Part shown: one piece after another, positions 9,476 to 17,911 of the stretch | How positions within the stretch are numbered: the stretch's first letter is position 1 | Layout of the letters: the number at the start of each line of letters is the position of its first letter | NCBI RefSeq assembly: GCF_003428155.1 | Contig: NZ_QLIR01000015.1 | Coordinates: 14,003 to 46,002, forward strand | Length of the DNA: 32,000 nucleotides | DNA from: Fastidiosibacter lacustris | Lineage (GTDB): Bacteria; Pseudomonadota; Gammaproteobacteria; Francisellales; Francisellaceae | Direction: 5' to 3' | Notes under the pieces: model-generated | Seen by the model: the letters and a program-made list of their open reading frames with translations, nothing else | The model's database searches: none | Told to the model about the DNA's origin: nothing | Made by a program: the position numbers and the translations under genes

Positions 9476-10034
9476 GGTAGTGTCTTACTTTAGCGTTTTA
9501 GATATTTCTACCCCATTCAATACGGTTAATGTAAAGCCCGATAACGGTATCGTGCATTAACTCGCTTTTTGAAAAGCAGATACTTTTCCTGGCAAATTGC
9601 TTTATTCTGGTTCTAAATGTTAAAAATTTGCGTTCAATCTTCTGTGTATTACGTTTCCCTATATCATGATATTCACCGGGAATAAAGCTCCGGTTACATT
9701 TCAACAATCTAAAGGCTTTTTTTATCGTATTAATCACGGTTTTTGTGCTAGCTTTTAAAACACGTGCTATATCTCGTATACCACTACCATTGCTACACAT
9801 ATCAATAATTTTTTCTTTTATCTTGGGCAGCCGACCTAGTGCTTTATATTCAAGTTGAAAGTACTTTCTGCAACCTTGACAGGGATATCTTTGCGTACCA
9901 TTTGGACTAGATTTCAATTGGTTTTTACCTGATTTAACTGTTTTTATTGAGTTGCAATTCCTGTAACGTACATCAATTTTTGCCATTTTTGATTTGGGAT
10001 TATAAAAACAAATGTGCCAGATGATAACACTACC
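9476..10034 (-). mobile_element. IS1-family element, internally deleted (non-autonomous) copy
   Basis: Terminal inverted repeats GGTAGTGTCTTAC (9476->) and GGTAGTGTTATCA (10034<-), both IS1-like GGT(A/G)ATG-type ends. About 559 bp, against about 770 bp for IS1. Contains the fused InsA/InsB-tail ORF. The 9 bp on each side (caaatagcc / cgcaatttt) are not a direct repeat. Confidence 0.8.
9498..9986 (-). CDS. IS1-family transposase remnant: InsA-like Zn-finger/HTH fused to the C-terminal tail of InsB (DDE core missing)
   Basis: TQRYPCQGCRKYFQLEY and KIIDMCSNGSGIRDIARVLKASTKTVINTIKK align with IS1 InsA ([49 protein letters not shown]). IGKRNTQKIERKFLTFRTRIKQFARKSICFSKSELMHDTVIGLYIN aligns with the InsB tail ([45 protein letters not shown]). 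The segment carrying the two catalytic Asp residues is absent. Confidence 0.8.
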   Translation of the reverse strand: MAKIDVRYRNCNSIKTVKSGKNQLKSSPNGTQRYPCQGCRKYFQLEYKALGRLPKIKEKIIDMCSNGSGIRDIARVLKASTKTVINTIKKAFRLLKCNRSFIPGEYHDIGKRNTQKIERKFLTFRTRIKQFARKSICFSKSELMHDTVIGLYINRIEWGRNI

Positions 10035-10080
10035 CGCAATTTTAAGTCGAACTCATTTAATGCTAAGTTAAAATATTTTC

Positions 10081-10108
10081 TTAAAGTAATAAGTTTAAAG
10101 TAATAAGA
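10081..10108. repeat. Tandem direct repeat, 2 x 14 bp (ttaaagtaataagt / ttaaagtaataaga)
   Basis: Read directly from the sequence. It lies between the IS1-like end and glk. Confidence 0.6.
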
Positions 10109-10193
10109 ATGTCATAACAGATGGATTTACATTTAGCTCAAACAGTGATTATATAGCTAGACTCAGAAATAAAGCTAACGTATTAACATAATA

Positions 10194-11204
10194 ATGATCG
10201 TACTATCTGGAGATGTCGGGGGCACAAATACACGCCTTCAAATAACGGAGCATCAAAGTAAAAAAGCGAAAATAATCTTTGCCAAAAAATATTTGGCAGC
10301 TGAGTTTAAAAGTCTATCTGCGATCATTGAGCAGTTTTTGGCAGAGGCTACATTTGATCGATCCAAGATTCAAGCTGTGTGTATTGCAGTTGCAGGTCCT
10401 GTTAAAAATGGAGCAATTGAATTTACGAATTTACCCTGGGGTTTAACCGAGAATGAGTTAGCAGAGGTGCTTTGTTTGGATAAAAGCAAAGTAAGATTAA
10501 TTAATGATTTTACATCGATTGGTTATGGTCTAGATTCGGTAGAAAAAAACAATTTAATTTGTCTACAAAAAGCGGAAATTGATCCTGATGCGCCAATAGC
10601 CATGGTAGGGGCAGGCACAGGAATTGGGATGGGAATTGTAACTAAACATAACGGTCAAACTTTAGTCTATCCAAGCGAAGGAGGACACCAAGATTTTGCG
10701 CCAGTAGATGATGAGCAAATTGGATTATTTCAATTTTTGAAAAAGCGGCTACATCGGGTTTCAATCGAGAGAATTTGTTGTGGTCCTGGTCTTATTAACA
10801 TCTATAAATATGTCGTTGCAAATCCATTGTATAACCAGCCTGAGTCGCCAGAATTAAAGCGAGATATGCACAAAGGGATTGACCATGCTCAGCTTATTAC
10901 TCAGTATGCGTTGGAAAAAGGTGATCCTATGGCGTTAAGAGCCGTGGATATATTTATTCGTGTATATGGTGCAGTTGCAGGTGATATGGCACTGGTTACT
11001 TTACCAAAAGGTGGATTGTATATTGTTGGTGGAATTGCACCTAAAATTATTACACAAATGCAGGATGGTCGTTTCATGAAAACCTTTCAAGATAAGGGGA
11101 GGTTATCTGGTTTAATGAAAGAAATTCCTATTTTTGTTGTTATGGATACTGACGTTGGTATCAAGGGGGCTGCCGAATTTGCGTTATCATTGTGCAAAAA
11201 ATAA
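10194..11204 (+). CDS. glk: Glucokinase
   Basis: N-terminal ATP-binding motif LSGDVGGTNTRL. The overall 336-aa layout matches bacterial Glk (VGAGTGIGMG, GGLYIVGGIAPK). Confidence 0.92.
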   Translation: MIVLSGDVGGTNTRLQITEHQSKKAKIIFAKKYLAAEFKSLSAIIEQFLAEATFDRSKIQAVCIAVAGPVKNGAIEFTNLPWGLTENELAEVLCLDKSKVRLINDFTSIGYGLDSVEKNNLICLQKAEIDPDAPIAMVGAGTGIGMGIVTKHNGQTLVYPSEGGHQDFAPVDDEQIGLFQFLKKRLHRVSIERICCGPGLINIYKYVVANPLYNQPESPELKRDMHKGIDHAQLITQYALEKGDPMALRAVDIFIRVYGAVAGDMALVTLPKGGLYIVGGIAPKIITQMQDGRFMKTFQDKGRLSGLMKEIPIFVVMDTDVGIKGAAEFALSLCKK

Positions 11205-11306
11205 TCCTGGCAATTTTACCAATATCCTATATGATACCCATGCAAAATGGGTTTATTTTAAAACGTCCAATTTGATTATATATAGACGGTTAATGAAGGT
11301 AAAAAT

Positions 11307-12461
11307 ATGCAGAAAATATTAAAACAACCAATAGACTTAAAAAGTGTATTGGTCTTAACGTTGACTCCTATTGCTGCTGTTATTTTTATTCCATATTATG
11401 CAATTAGCTATGGATTTTCAGCAGCAGATTGGTTTTGGTTTAGTTTTTTTATGATAGCAACTGGAGTTTCGATTACAGCGGGTTACCATCGATTATGGGC
11501 TCATCGTGCTTATAAGGCAAAAGCACCATTGAAGATATTCTTCATGTTGTTTGGTGCAGCTGCGCTACAAAACAGCATTATCAAATGGTCCTCAGATCAT
11601 CGTAAACATCATCGTTTTGTCGATGATAAAGAAATGGACCCTTATGCAGCAACAAAAGGCTTTTGGTATAGTCACTTTACATGGATGTTACGTCATTTAC
11701 CTAAAAAAGTGGCGCAAGTTGAGAACGTAAGTGATTTAGAAAATGATAAAATTGTTGCTTTTCAGCATAAATATTACGTTCTATTAGCAATTTTTATGTG
11801 CGTGATTTTGCCCATACTTATTGGTGCGAGCTACGGTAGTATTGGTGGTTGTTTGTTATTAGCAGGATTATTGCGTTTGGTGCTCAATCATCACTTTACT
11901 TTTTTTATTAATTCACTTGCACACATTTGGGGTAAGCAAAAATTTTCAGACGAAAACACCGCGCGTGATAATCCAATCTTGTCGTTAGTTACTTATGGGG
12001 AGGGTTATCACAACTATCATCACAAATATGCAGGTGACTATCGCAATGGAGTGAAGTGGTACGACTTTGATCCATCTAAGTGGTTGATTTATGGAGCATC
12101 CAAAATTGGTTGGGCATATGATTTAAAAACAATACCTAAGCCTGCTATTGAGGCAGCAAGAGCATCCATGCAACTAAAAGAAGCACAAAGTAGAATTAAA
12201 GACAAACGCTATATTAAGCTCGTCGTTGACTTTGAGAAAAGGTTGGAGGATCAGTATAAAGTGCTTTTTGATAGTATCAAGGAGTGGGCAAAAGCCAAAC
12301 AAGCTTGGTTACAAGCTAAAAAAGATAAGTTATCTGCCACCCAAATTTTACAGTTAAAAGAGCACTATAAGTCATTGAAACAGAAATTTAAAACCGAACG
12401 TAAATTATGGCGCACACTTTCAAACTCATCTGTCAAGGTTGCTAAATTAAAAGTTGCATAG
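11307..12461 (+). CDS. Acyl-CoA (delta-9 type) fatty acid desaturase
   Basis: The three histidine boxes of membrane desaturases are present: HRLWAH, HRKHH and HNYHH. N-terminal TM pairs and a Lys-rich coiled-coil-like tail. Confidence 0.9.
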   Translation: MQKILKQPIDLKSVLVLTLTPIAAVIFIPYYAISYGFSAADWFWFSFFMIATGVSITAGYHRLWAHRAYKAKAPLKIFFMLFGAAALQNSIIKWSSDHRKHHRFVDDKEMDPYAATKGFWYSHFTWMLRHLPKKVAQVENVSDLENDKIVAFQHKYYVLLAIFMCVILPILIGASYGSIGGCLLLAGLLRLVLNHHFTFFINSLAHIWGKQKFSDENTARDNPILSLVTYGEGYHNYHHKYAGDYRNGVKWYDFDPSKWLIYGASKIGWAYDLKTIPKPAIEAARASMQLKEAQSRIKDKRYIKLVVDFEKRLEDQYKVLFDSIKEWAKAKQAWLQAKKDKLSATQILQLKEHYKSLKQKFKTERKLWRTLSNSSVKVAKLKVA

Positions 12462-12473
12462 TTTAAAATTCCT

Positions 12474-12497
12474 CCCACCCATCTAAATGATGGTGGG
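12474..12497 (+). terminator. Possible weak intrinsic terminator hairpin after the desaturase gene
   Basis: CCCACC(C)ATC-taaat-GATGGTGGG forms a 9-bp GC-rich stem with one bulged C and a 5-nt loop, 13 nt after the stop codon. No immediate U-tract, hence low confidence. Confidence 0.3.
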
Positions 12498-12671
12498 TCA
12501 ATAACTACCTGTTTTAGCAGGCAGTCATTTAACATTTAATGTGAGTGATTATCTTATAGTCCACGATTAGTTTAAACCTTGCAATGCAACATAGGTCTCA
12601 TGATTTTGTTCGACAACATGCAAGTGTACGACTACAATAAACACAAATTTATAAGGACAGCAATCGTTAGA

Positions 12672-13565
12672 ATGAAAAAATGTGGCTATATTGCAATTAT
12701 TGGGCGACCTAACGTAGGTAAATCAACATTGCTTAATCATATCTTAAAGTATAAAGTCAGCATAACTAGCCGCAAACCACAAACAACAAGGCATCAAATT
12801 ACAGGAGTTAAAACCGTTAAAAATGCACAGTTTATCTATGTTGATACTCCAGGCTTGCATCAAGATGAGCCACGAGCAATTAATAGAATGATGAATAGGC
12901 AAGCAATGAGTGTAATCAACGATGTTGATGTCGTGCTATTTGTTGTTGAAGTGGGTAAATGGACAGCTGCTGAAGAATGGATTTTGCAAAAACTTGGGAG
13001 CGTTAAGGTATCTGTGATATTGGTTATTAATAAAGTTGATCAACTACATAATCGCCAGCAAGAGCAATTGTTTGAAAAACAAATAAGACAAAAATATCAT
13101 TTCGCGGCGAGCTTTTTGATCTCGGCAAAACAAGGGCATTTAATCACAGAGTTGGAGCAAACAATTGAGCAGTACTTACCTGTAAGTGAACACTTTTTCT
13201 ATGCTGAAGATCAAGTTACTGATCGTACAGAGCGTTTTATGATCGCAGAAATTATCCGTGAGAAACTTATGCGCACTTTAGGTCAGGAAGTGCCATATCA
13301 ATTAACGGTTGAGATCAATAAATGTAAATTTGATGAACAGCGTCAATTAATGGAAATTTTTGCAACGATTTTGGTTGAGCGTATGGGACAAAAAGCAATG
13401 GTAATTGGCAGTAAAGGACAAAAACTCAAGAAAATTGGTAGTGAAGCACGCAAGGATATCGAATATATGCTGGGGAAAAAAGTCTTTTTGGAATTATGGG
13501 TTAAAGTCAAAGAAGGCTGGTCAGATGATGAGCGTGCACTTAAATCATTGGGATATGATTTGTAA
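12672..13565 (+). CDS. era: GTPase Era
   Basis: MKKCGYIAIIGRPNVGKSTLLN (G1), DTPG (G3), NKVD (G4) and a C-terminal KH domain (VERMGQKAMVIGSKGQKLKKIG). The start is taken at Met-32 of the tracked ORF (12672), which gives the usual length of about 297 aa. Confidence 0.93.
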   Translation: MKKCGYIAIIGRPNVGKSTLLNHILKYKVSITSRKPQTTRHQITGVKTVKNAQFIYVDTPGLHQDEPRAINRMMNRQAMSVINDVDVVLFVVEVGKWTAAEEWILQKLGSVKVSVILVINKVDQLHNRQQEQLFEKQIRQKYHFAASFLISAKQGHLITELEQTIEQYLPVSEHFFYAEDQVTDRTERFMIAEIIREKLMRTLGQEVPYQLTVEINKCKFDEQRQLMEIFATILVERMGQKAMVIGSKGQKLKKIGSEARKDIEYMLGKKVFLELWVKVKEGWSDDERALKSLGYDL

Positions 13566-13585
13566 TTTTAAAAAGGTAATGGAAA

Positions 13586-14644
13586 ATGACAGAAGGTGAT
13601 AATATATCCACGGCTGATACATCGTTTGTAACTGAAAATGCTCAAATTGAAAATAGAAAAAATAAAGCATGGATTAAATATCTAGTTTTAGCAATTGTCG
13701 TAGTTGTCTGTGTTGGTGGTTTTTATACTTATGTAAAATATACAGAAATCTATCCATCAACAGATGACGCTTATATAAATGCCAATATTATTCAAATATC
13801 AGCACAAGTGACAGGTAAACTTGGTAAGCTATATATTGAAAACAATCAAGAGGTCAAAAAGGGGCAGCTTTTATTTACTATCGAGTCACAGAGTTTTCAA
13901 TATGCACAAGATAAAGCAAAGGCTGATTTAATCCTCTTAGAACAGGAGGTAGCTGCAATTGAAGATAATATTGAAGTACAGAAAGCTAAACTTAAACAAG
14001 CTCAAGCACAGCAGTTTGTAGCTGAACAAAAAGAAATAAGGATCATAAAACTTGTATCTAAAGGCATGGCATCTCAAGAAAATGGAGACGAGGTGAAAGG
14101 GAATTTAGAGGTTGCCAGAGCGAATGTAAATGCTGCGCTTGCAGGTATTGCCCAACAACAAAAGCAATTGGTATTACAGCAGTCTAAAATTGCAGCAGCG
14201 AAAGCAAACTTGTCTACCGCTGAACTTAACCTGAGCTATACCAAAATCTATGCACCTACCTCTGGCTTTATTACCAATTTTAATTTACAGCATGGATCTT
14301 TGATTACCCAAAATCAAAATTTATTTGTATTGGTAAGTAATGAGCATTTTTGGATAGATGCAAATTATAAAGAAACTCAAATGTCACGCATGAAAGTTGG
14401 TCAAAAAGCAACGATTAGATTGGATATGTATCAAAATGTCGAACTAAGTGGCACAATTCAAAGTATTTCTGAAGGAAGTGGTAGTATATTTTCGCTTCTT
14501 CCACCTGAAAATGCATCTGGGAACTGGGTGAAGGTAGTGCAGCGTTTTCCAGTTAAAGTTATATTAGATAAAGGGGAAATAAATAAAGTTCCACATTTAC
14601 GAGTTGGGTCATCTGCCACAGTTCAAGTCGATACAAACAGTTAA
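13586..14644 (+). CDS. HlyD/EmrA-family membrane fusion (periplasmic adaptor) protein
   Basis: One N-terminal TM helix, then TDDAYINANIIQISAQVTGKL (EmrA-like lipoyl motif), a long coiled coil, and YTKIYAPTSGFITN beta-barrel motifs. Confidence 0.88.
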   Translation: MTEGDNISTADTSFVTENAQIENRKNKAWIKYLVLAIVVVVCVGGFYTYVKYTEIYPSTDDAYINANIIQISAQVTGKLGKLYIENNQEVKKGQLLFTIESQSFQYAQDKAKADLILLEQEVAAIEDNIEVQKAKLKQAQAQQFVAEQKEIRIIKLVSKGMASQENGDEVKGNLEVARANVNAALAGIAQQQKQLVLQQSKIAAAKANLSTAELNLSYTKIYAPTSGFITNFNLQHGSLITQNQNLFVLVSNEHFWIDANYKETQMSRMKVGQKATIRLDMYQNVELSGTIQSISEGSGSIFSLLPPENASGNWVKVVQRFPVKVILDKGEINKVPHLRVGSSATVQVDTNS

Positions 14645-15490
14645 TTATTTAACGCCTAGCTCAATCAATCTTTCTTGTAAAAAACTATCTGCAGTTGGGT
14701 ACCTTTTGGAAAGATAAACTTCAGGTTTAGCATGCATAAAGCAAGGAATAGACATCCGATCAATCCCTAGTGCTTCACCTTCTGGTTTAATAACACGGTG
14801 TTTTGTCGCAATGTACTCAAAATCAGTCATTTCTTGTAACATATCGCCGATGTTAATAATGATTGATTGTGGTTTGCAAAGTACCTCATACCATTTATCT
14901 TCTTTATGCGAATAAACTTCTAATCCTGGAGAAGATGCAACAGGTAGTAATGTAATGAGATTGATATCTTCATGTGCAGCAGCTCGAATTGCACCTGGTT
15001 CTTCATCACCTTGGATAGCAGGATAGTGCAGAATTCTAAAGAGTGTACGTTCTAGCGACAGCGCATCAACTAAAGGCATTGCGAGCTTGTTAGATACTGC
15101 ATGATCCATATGACTATCTATCCATTGCAATAGTGTTTTTCCTAACGTGAAAAGTTGATTAAACAGTTCTCGTGCTTGATTGGAAACTTCTTTTGGATAT
15201 CGTCCATGTGGAAAATATAAATGGAAGTAATGCTTAATATCACGAGTTATTTCACCTTTGGCGATTTCAGAGACATCAAGTGGAAAGTAACCATCTTGTG
15301 TATCCTTATTATAATAATAGTTTTTTGCAGCATCAGAGTTAATGAATTGACGCCACTCGGTATAAACTTCTTCAACTAACTGCCAATCAATAGGATGTTT
15401 CTCTAATACTGCAAACCCCGTTTGTTTTAATGAGTCAGTAAAAAGTTTTGTAGCATTTGCTGCATAAAAATCAACGTTTAAAATTTTCAT
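14645..15490 (-). CDS. 2-oxoglutarate/Fe(II)-dependent oxygenase (isopenicillin N synthase-like family)
   Basis: 281 aa. Facial-triad region AAHEDINLITLL (H-x-D) and a downstream HRV...R motif (ATKHRVIKP). Its stop codon abuts the HlyD-family stop with no spacer. Confidence 0.82.
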   Translation of the reverse strand: MKILNVDFYAANATKLFTDSLKQTGFAVLEKHPIDWQLVEEVYTEWRQFINSDAAKNYYYNKDTQDGYFPLDVSEIAKGEITRDIKHYFHLYFPHGRYPKEVSNQARELFNQLFTLGKTLLQWIDSHMDHAVSNKLAMPLVDALSLERTLFRILHYPAIQGDEEPGAIRAAAHEDINLITLLPVASSPGLEVYSHKEDKWYEVLCKPQSIIINIGDMLQEMTDFEYIATKHRVIKPEGEALGIDRMSIPCFMHAKPEVYLSKRYPTADSFLQERLIELGVK

Positions 15491-15752
15491 AAAATACCTT
15501 ATGATTAAACCAAGTTTTGGCTATCCTAAAGAGCGAGTAAGATGATGTCAATAAATGGTAAAAGAGATGATAATAAATACCATTTTTTTTTACTTAGATT
15601 GATTTTCTTTTAGGTTTTTTGGTAAAAATTTGCTAGAATACTGCAAATTTCTGACACCCGTATCCTTTTCATAAATTACTATATAATGATTTATTGTTAA
15701 TAAATTGTGGTTGTTTATGTTAGGTATGCAAAAGTAAAAGGTATATGAGAGA

Positions 15753-16706
15753 ATGGCATTAGAGCATTTATTGCATCCAACAACAGTGAATAATCAAGAA
15801 AGAATTGGCAATCAAGCAAAGATTACTTTAGAGCCTTTGGAGCGTGGCTTTGGTCATACCTTAGGTTTTTCGTTAAAGCAAATCATGTTACACGTTTTAT
15901 CAGGTGCATCGTTAACAAAAGTTAAATTTAACGATGGTGTGAATAGTGAGGTCAAGTTAGCAACAACTGAATCAGTTGAAGAGTTATTGCTTAATTTGCA
16001 AATCATTAAGTTTAAACTGGATTCAGCTCATACCACTGGTAATATAAGTATTAAATTATCAGGAAAAGCTCGTGAAGTATACGCTGCAGACTTAACCTTA
16101 TCAGAAGGTGTAGAGATTTTAAATCCTGATGTGCTTATTTGCCAATATGTAGGAAAAGATAAGCTTAGCATTGAAGGATGGATAGAGTCAGGTGCTGGTT
16201 ATAAACCTGCAAATCAGAACTTTATAGATGGTTACTTTATGTTAGATGCTTCTTTTTCACCTGTTGTCAGTCTCAATTACAACGTTGAAAACGCGCGTGT
16301 TGCACAAAGAACTGACTTGGACAAACTTATTTTAGATGTGCAAACAGATGGCAGCTTGACACCTTCGGAGGCATTGAGTTTAGCGGCACAAAAGATTCAA
16401 TCTCAAATGTCTAGAATTGTTGATGAAGAAGCATTAGCTGAACGTTTGCACATTGAAGAAGAACCAAAAATTGATCCGTTTTTATTAAAAACAGTAGAAG
16501 AGTTAGACTTAACTGTGCGTTCTGCAAACTGCTTGAAGTCTGAGAATATTCGTTATATTGGTGAGCTTGTTCAACGCACGGAATCTGAGCTTATGAAAAC
16601 ACCAAACTTTGGACGTAAATCTTTAAATGAAATTAAAGAAAAACTTTCTTCGTATGGATACTCATTAGGCACAATTGTTGGAGATTGGTCAAGGGATTTA
16701 ATATAG
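15753..16706 (+). CDS. rpoA: DNA-directed RNA polymerase alpha subunit, divergent second copy (RpoA2-type)
   Basis: [25 protein letters not shown] matches E. coli Rpo[26 protein letters not shown]. The C-terminal domain [48 protein letters not shown] matches the alpha-CTD. The gene is monocistronic and lies outside any ribosomal-protein operon. Confidence 0.9.
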   Translation: MALEHLLHPTTVNNQERIGNQAKITLEPLERGFGHTLGFSLKQIMLHVLSGASLTKVKFNDGVNSEVKLATTESVEELLLNLQIIKFKLDSAHTTGNISIKLSGKAREVYAADLTLSEGVEILNPDVLICQYVGKDKLSIEGWIESGAGYKPANQNFIDGYFMLDASFSPVVSLNYNVENARVAQRTDLDKLILDVQTDGSLTPSEALSLAAQKIQSQMSRIVDEEALAERLHIEEEPKIDPFLLKTVEELDLTVRSANCLKSENIRYIGELVQRTESELMKTPNFGRKSLNEIKEKLSSYGYSLGTIVGDWSRDLI

Positions 16707-16875
16707 TAGAGTCGTCAATATTAGGTTCTGTTCTGTAAACCAAAAAAACTACACGCTACGTAATTAGAGTATGCAAGATACGATGCTTGATTCAACGATT
16801 GTAAGAGGTGCATGCTTGTTCGGCAGGTTATAAAAAGAAGGCAATGCGCTTCAAGCGTTTGGTAGAAGCAAGGGT

Positions 16876-17035
16876 GGCTTTATCAATATGATCCTGTACA
16901 TGAAGAAAAAATTGCAAACAACTGCTTGAAGCGTTATTTTTTCTTGATTTGCATAACATGAAAAAGCATCTCAAGCAGCTGACAAGTAGTTTTAATGGGA
17001 ACGGAGTATACGAGTGACAAACTAAGACACTACCC
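16876..17035. repeat. Relic of an MFS-gene 3' end plus 59-bp flank (copy A of a repeat also at 31404-31504), ending in an IS1-like terminal repeat
   Basis: 16932-16990 matches 31446-31504 at 54 of 59 positions. Just upstream, 16891-16931 translates to ILYMKKKLQTTA*, compared with SLYTKKDLQSAE* at the end of the 30715-31443 ORF. 17022-17035 (agacactaccc) is the reverse complement of GGGTAGTGTCT, the IS1-like end motif seen at 9476. Confidence 0.65.
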
Positions 17036-17053
17036 ACTCACTACCTTGAATAG

Positions 17054-17911
17054 TTACCTTAAAGCAATAAGCGCTCCAACACCACTGAACAAACATCCAA
17101 ATAGTAAATAAAAGGTAGGAGCAGAATCTCCAATGATTACTGAGGAAATACCGCCTATCGCGGGGAAAAGTGCTACCATATAGCTGCTTGCAGATGCTCC
17201 GATGCGCGCAACTAATTTAAGATAAAACATCCATGCAGTAAAAGAGGAAAAGACAATTAAAAACATCAAAGCCCCGAGGTAGGAAAAGGATATTGGCAAT
17301 GTAAAGCTCTGTTTTTGTATCAGACAAACCATAAGTGAAAATATAAAAGCGACGGCAAAACCAATGCTATTTGAATACATCGCATTCACACCACATCGTA
17401 CATTTCTTGCGGAGGCAACATCACCAATCGCCGTCAATAGCGTTCCAAGCAATGCAATGGCTATTCCCTTTAAATTGCTCACTCCAGCGCCATTCATTAA
17501 CAAAGGATAAACAAGTATGGAGACACCCATAATGCCCATCGAGCCTCCAACCAGAATTCTAGGATGAAGACGGTCTCCTAGACATATGCGAAGCGCAATT
17601 GGAGTCATAACAGTTTTGAGTGAAAATATCAACGTTACAAGTGCAGCAGAAACCCATATTGTCGCATAATACAGGCAAATATAACTCAAGGCTAGGTTGC
17701 ATATTCCAAAGCTCGCTATAGGGAGAAAATCCTGTCGAGAAAGCCTTCCCCTAGGTTTTATAAGATACAAAAAAGCAACAAACAATAAAACGGTTCCGCC
17801 CAATCGATACGTCAGCGATAATTCAAGGTTCACAGGGGTTCCTTGAATTTTGATGACGACAAAGTTCACTCCCCAAACAATGGCGCAAAAGGCGTACATA
17901 AAAACTGTCAT
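17054..17911 (-). CDS. EamA/DMT-superfamily transporter
   Basis: 285 aa, about 10 TM helices arranged as two EamA-like halves. Its ATG overlaps the stop of the upstream gene (ATGA, 17908-17911). Confidence 0.82.
   Translation of the reverse strand: MTVFMYAFCAIVWGVNFVVIKIQGTPVNLELSLTYRLGGTVLLFVAFLYLIKPRGRLSRQDFLPIASFGICNLALSYICLYYATIWVSAALVTLIFSLKTVMTPIALRICLGDRLHPRILVGGSMGIMGVSILVYPLLMNGAGVSNLKGIAIALLGTLLTAIGDVASARNVRCGVNAMYSNSIGFAVAFIFSLMVCLIQKQSFTLPISFSYLGALMFLIVFSSFTAWMFYLKLVARIGASASSYMVALFPAIGGISSVIIGDSAPTFYLLFGCLFSGVGALIALR

Noticed and set aside
11134-11322. 62-aa ORF bridging glk and the desaturase gene; also the 64-aa ORF at 13405-13599 bridging era and the HlyD gene
   Set aside because: They overlap the 3' ends of well-supported genes in another frame and run into the next gene's start. 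They are considered spurious.
12579-12671. 31-codon N-terminal extension of the era ORF
   Set aside because: Era proteins start a few residues before the G1 motif. The extension (MQCNIGLMILFDNMQVYDYNKHKFIRTAIVR) has no counterpart, so the internal Met at 12672 is taken as the start.
15554-15591. Hairpin AATGGTA-N17-TACCATT followed by T9 (terminator-like) between the divergent oxygenase and rpoA2 genes
   Set aside because: It has only a 7-bp AT-rich stem with a 17-nt loop, and there is no upstream same-strand gene to terminate. It is most likely a fortuitous feature of AT-rich promoter DNA.
16828-17037. 69-aa reverse-strand ORF over the repeat relic, and the 63-aa ORF at 19186-19377
   Set aside because: The first spans the MFS-tail relic, repeat and IS end on the opposite strand. 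The second lies in GC-rich non-coding debris. Neither has an RBS or recognisable motifs.
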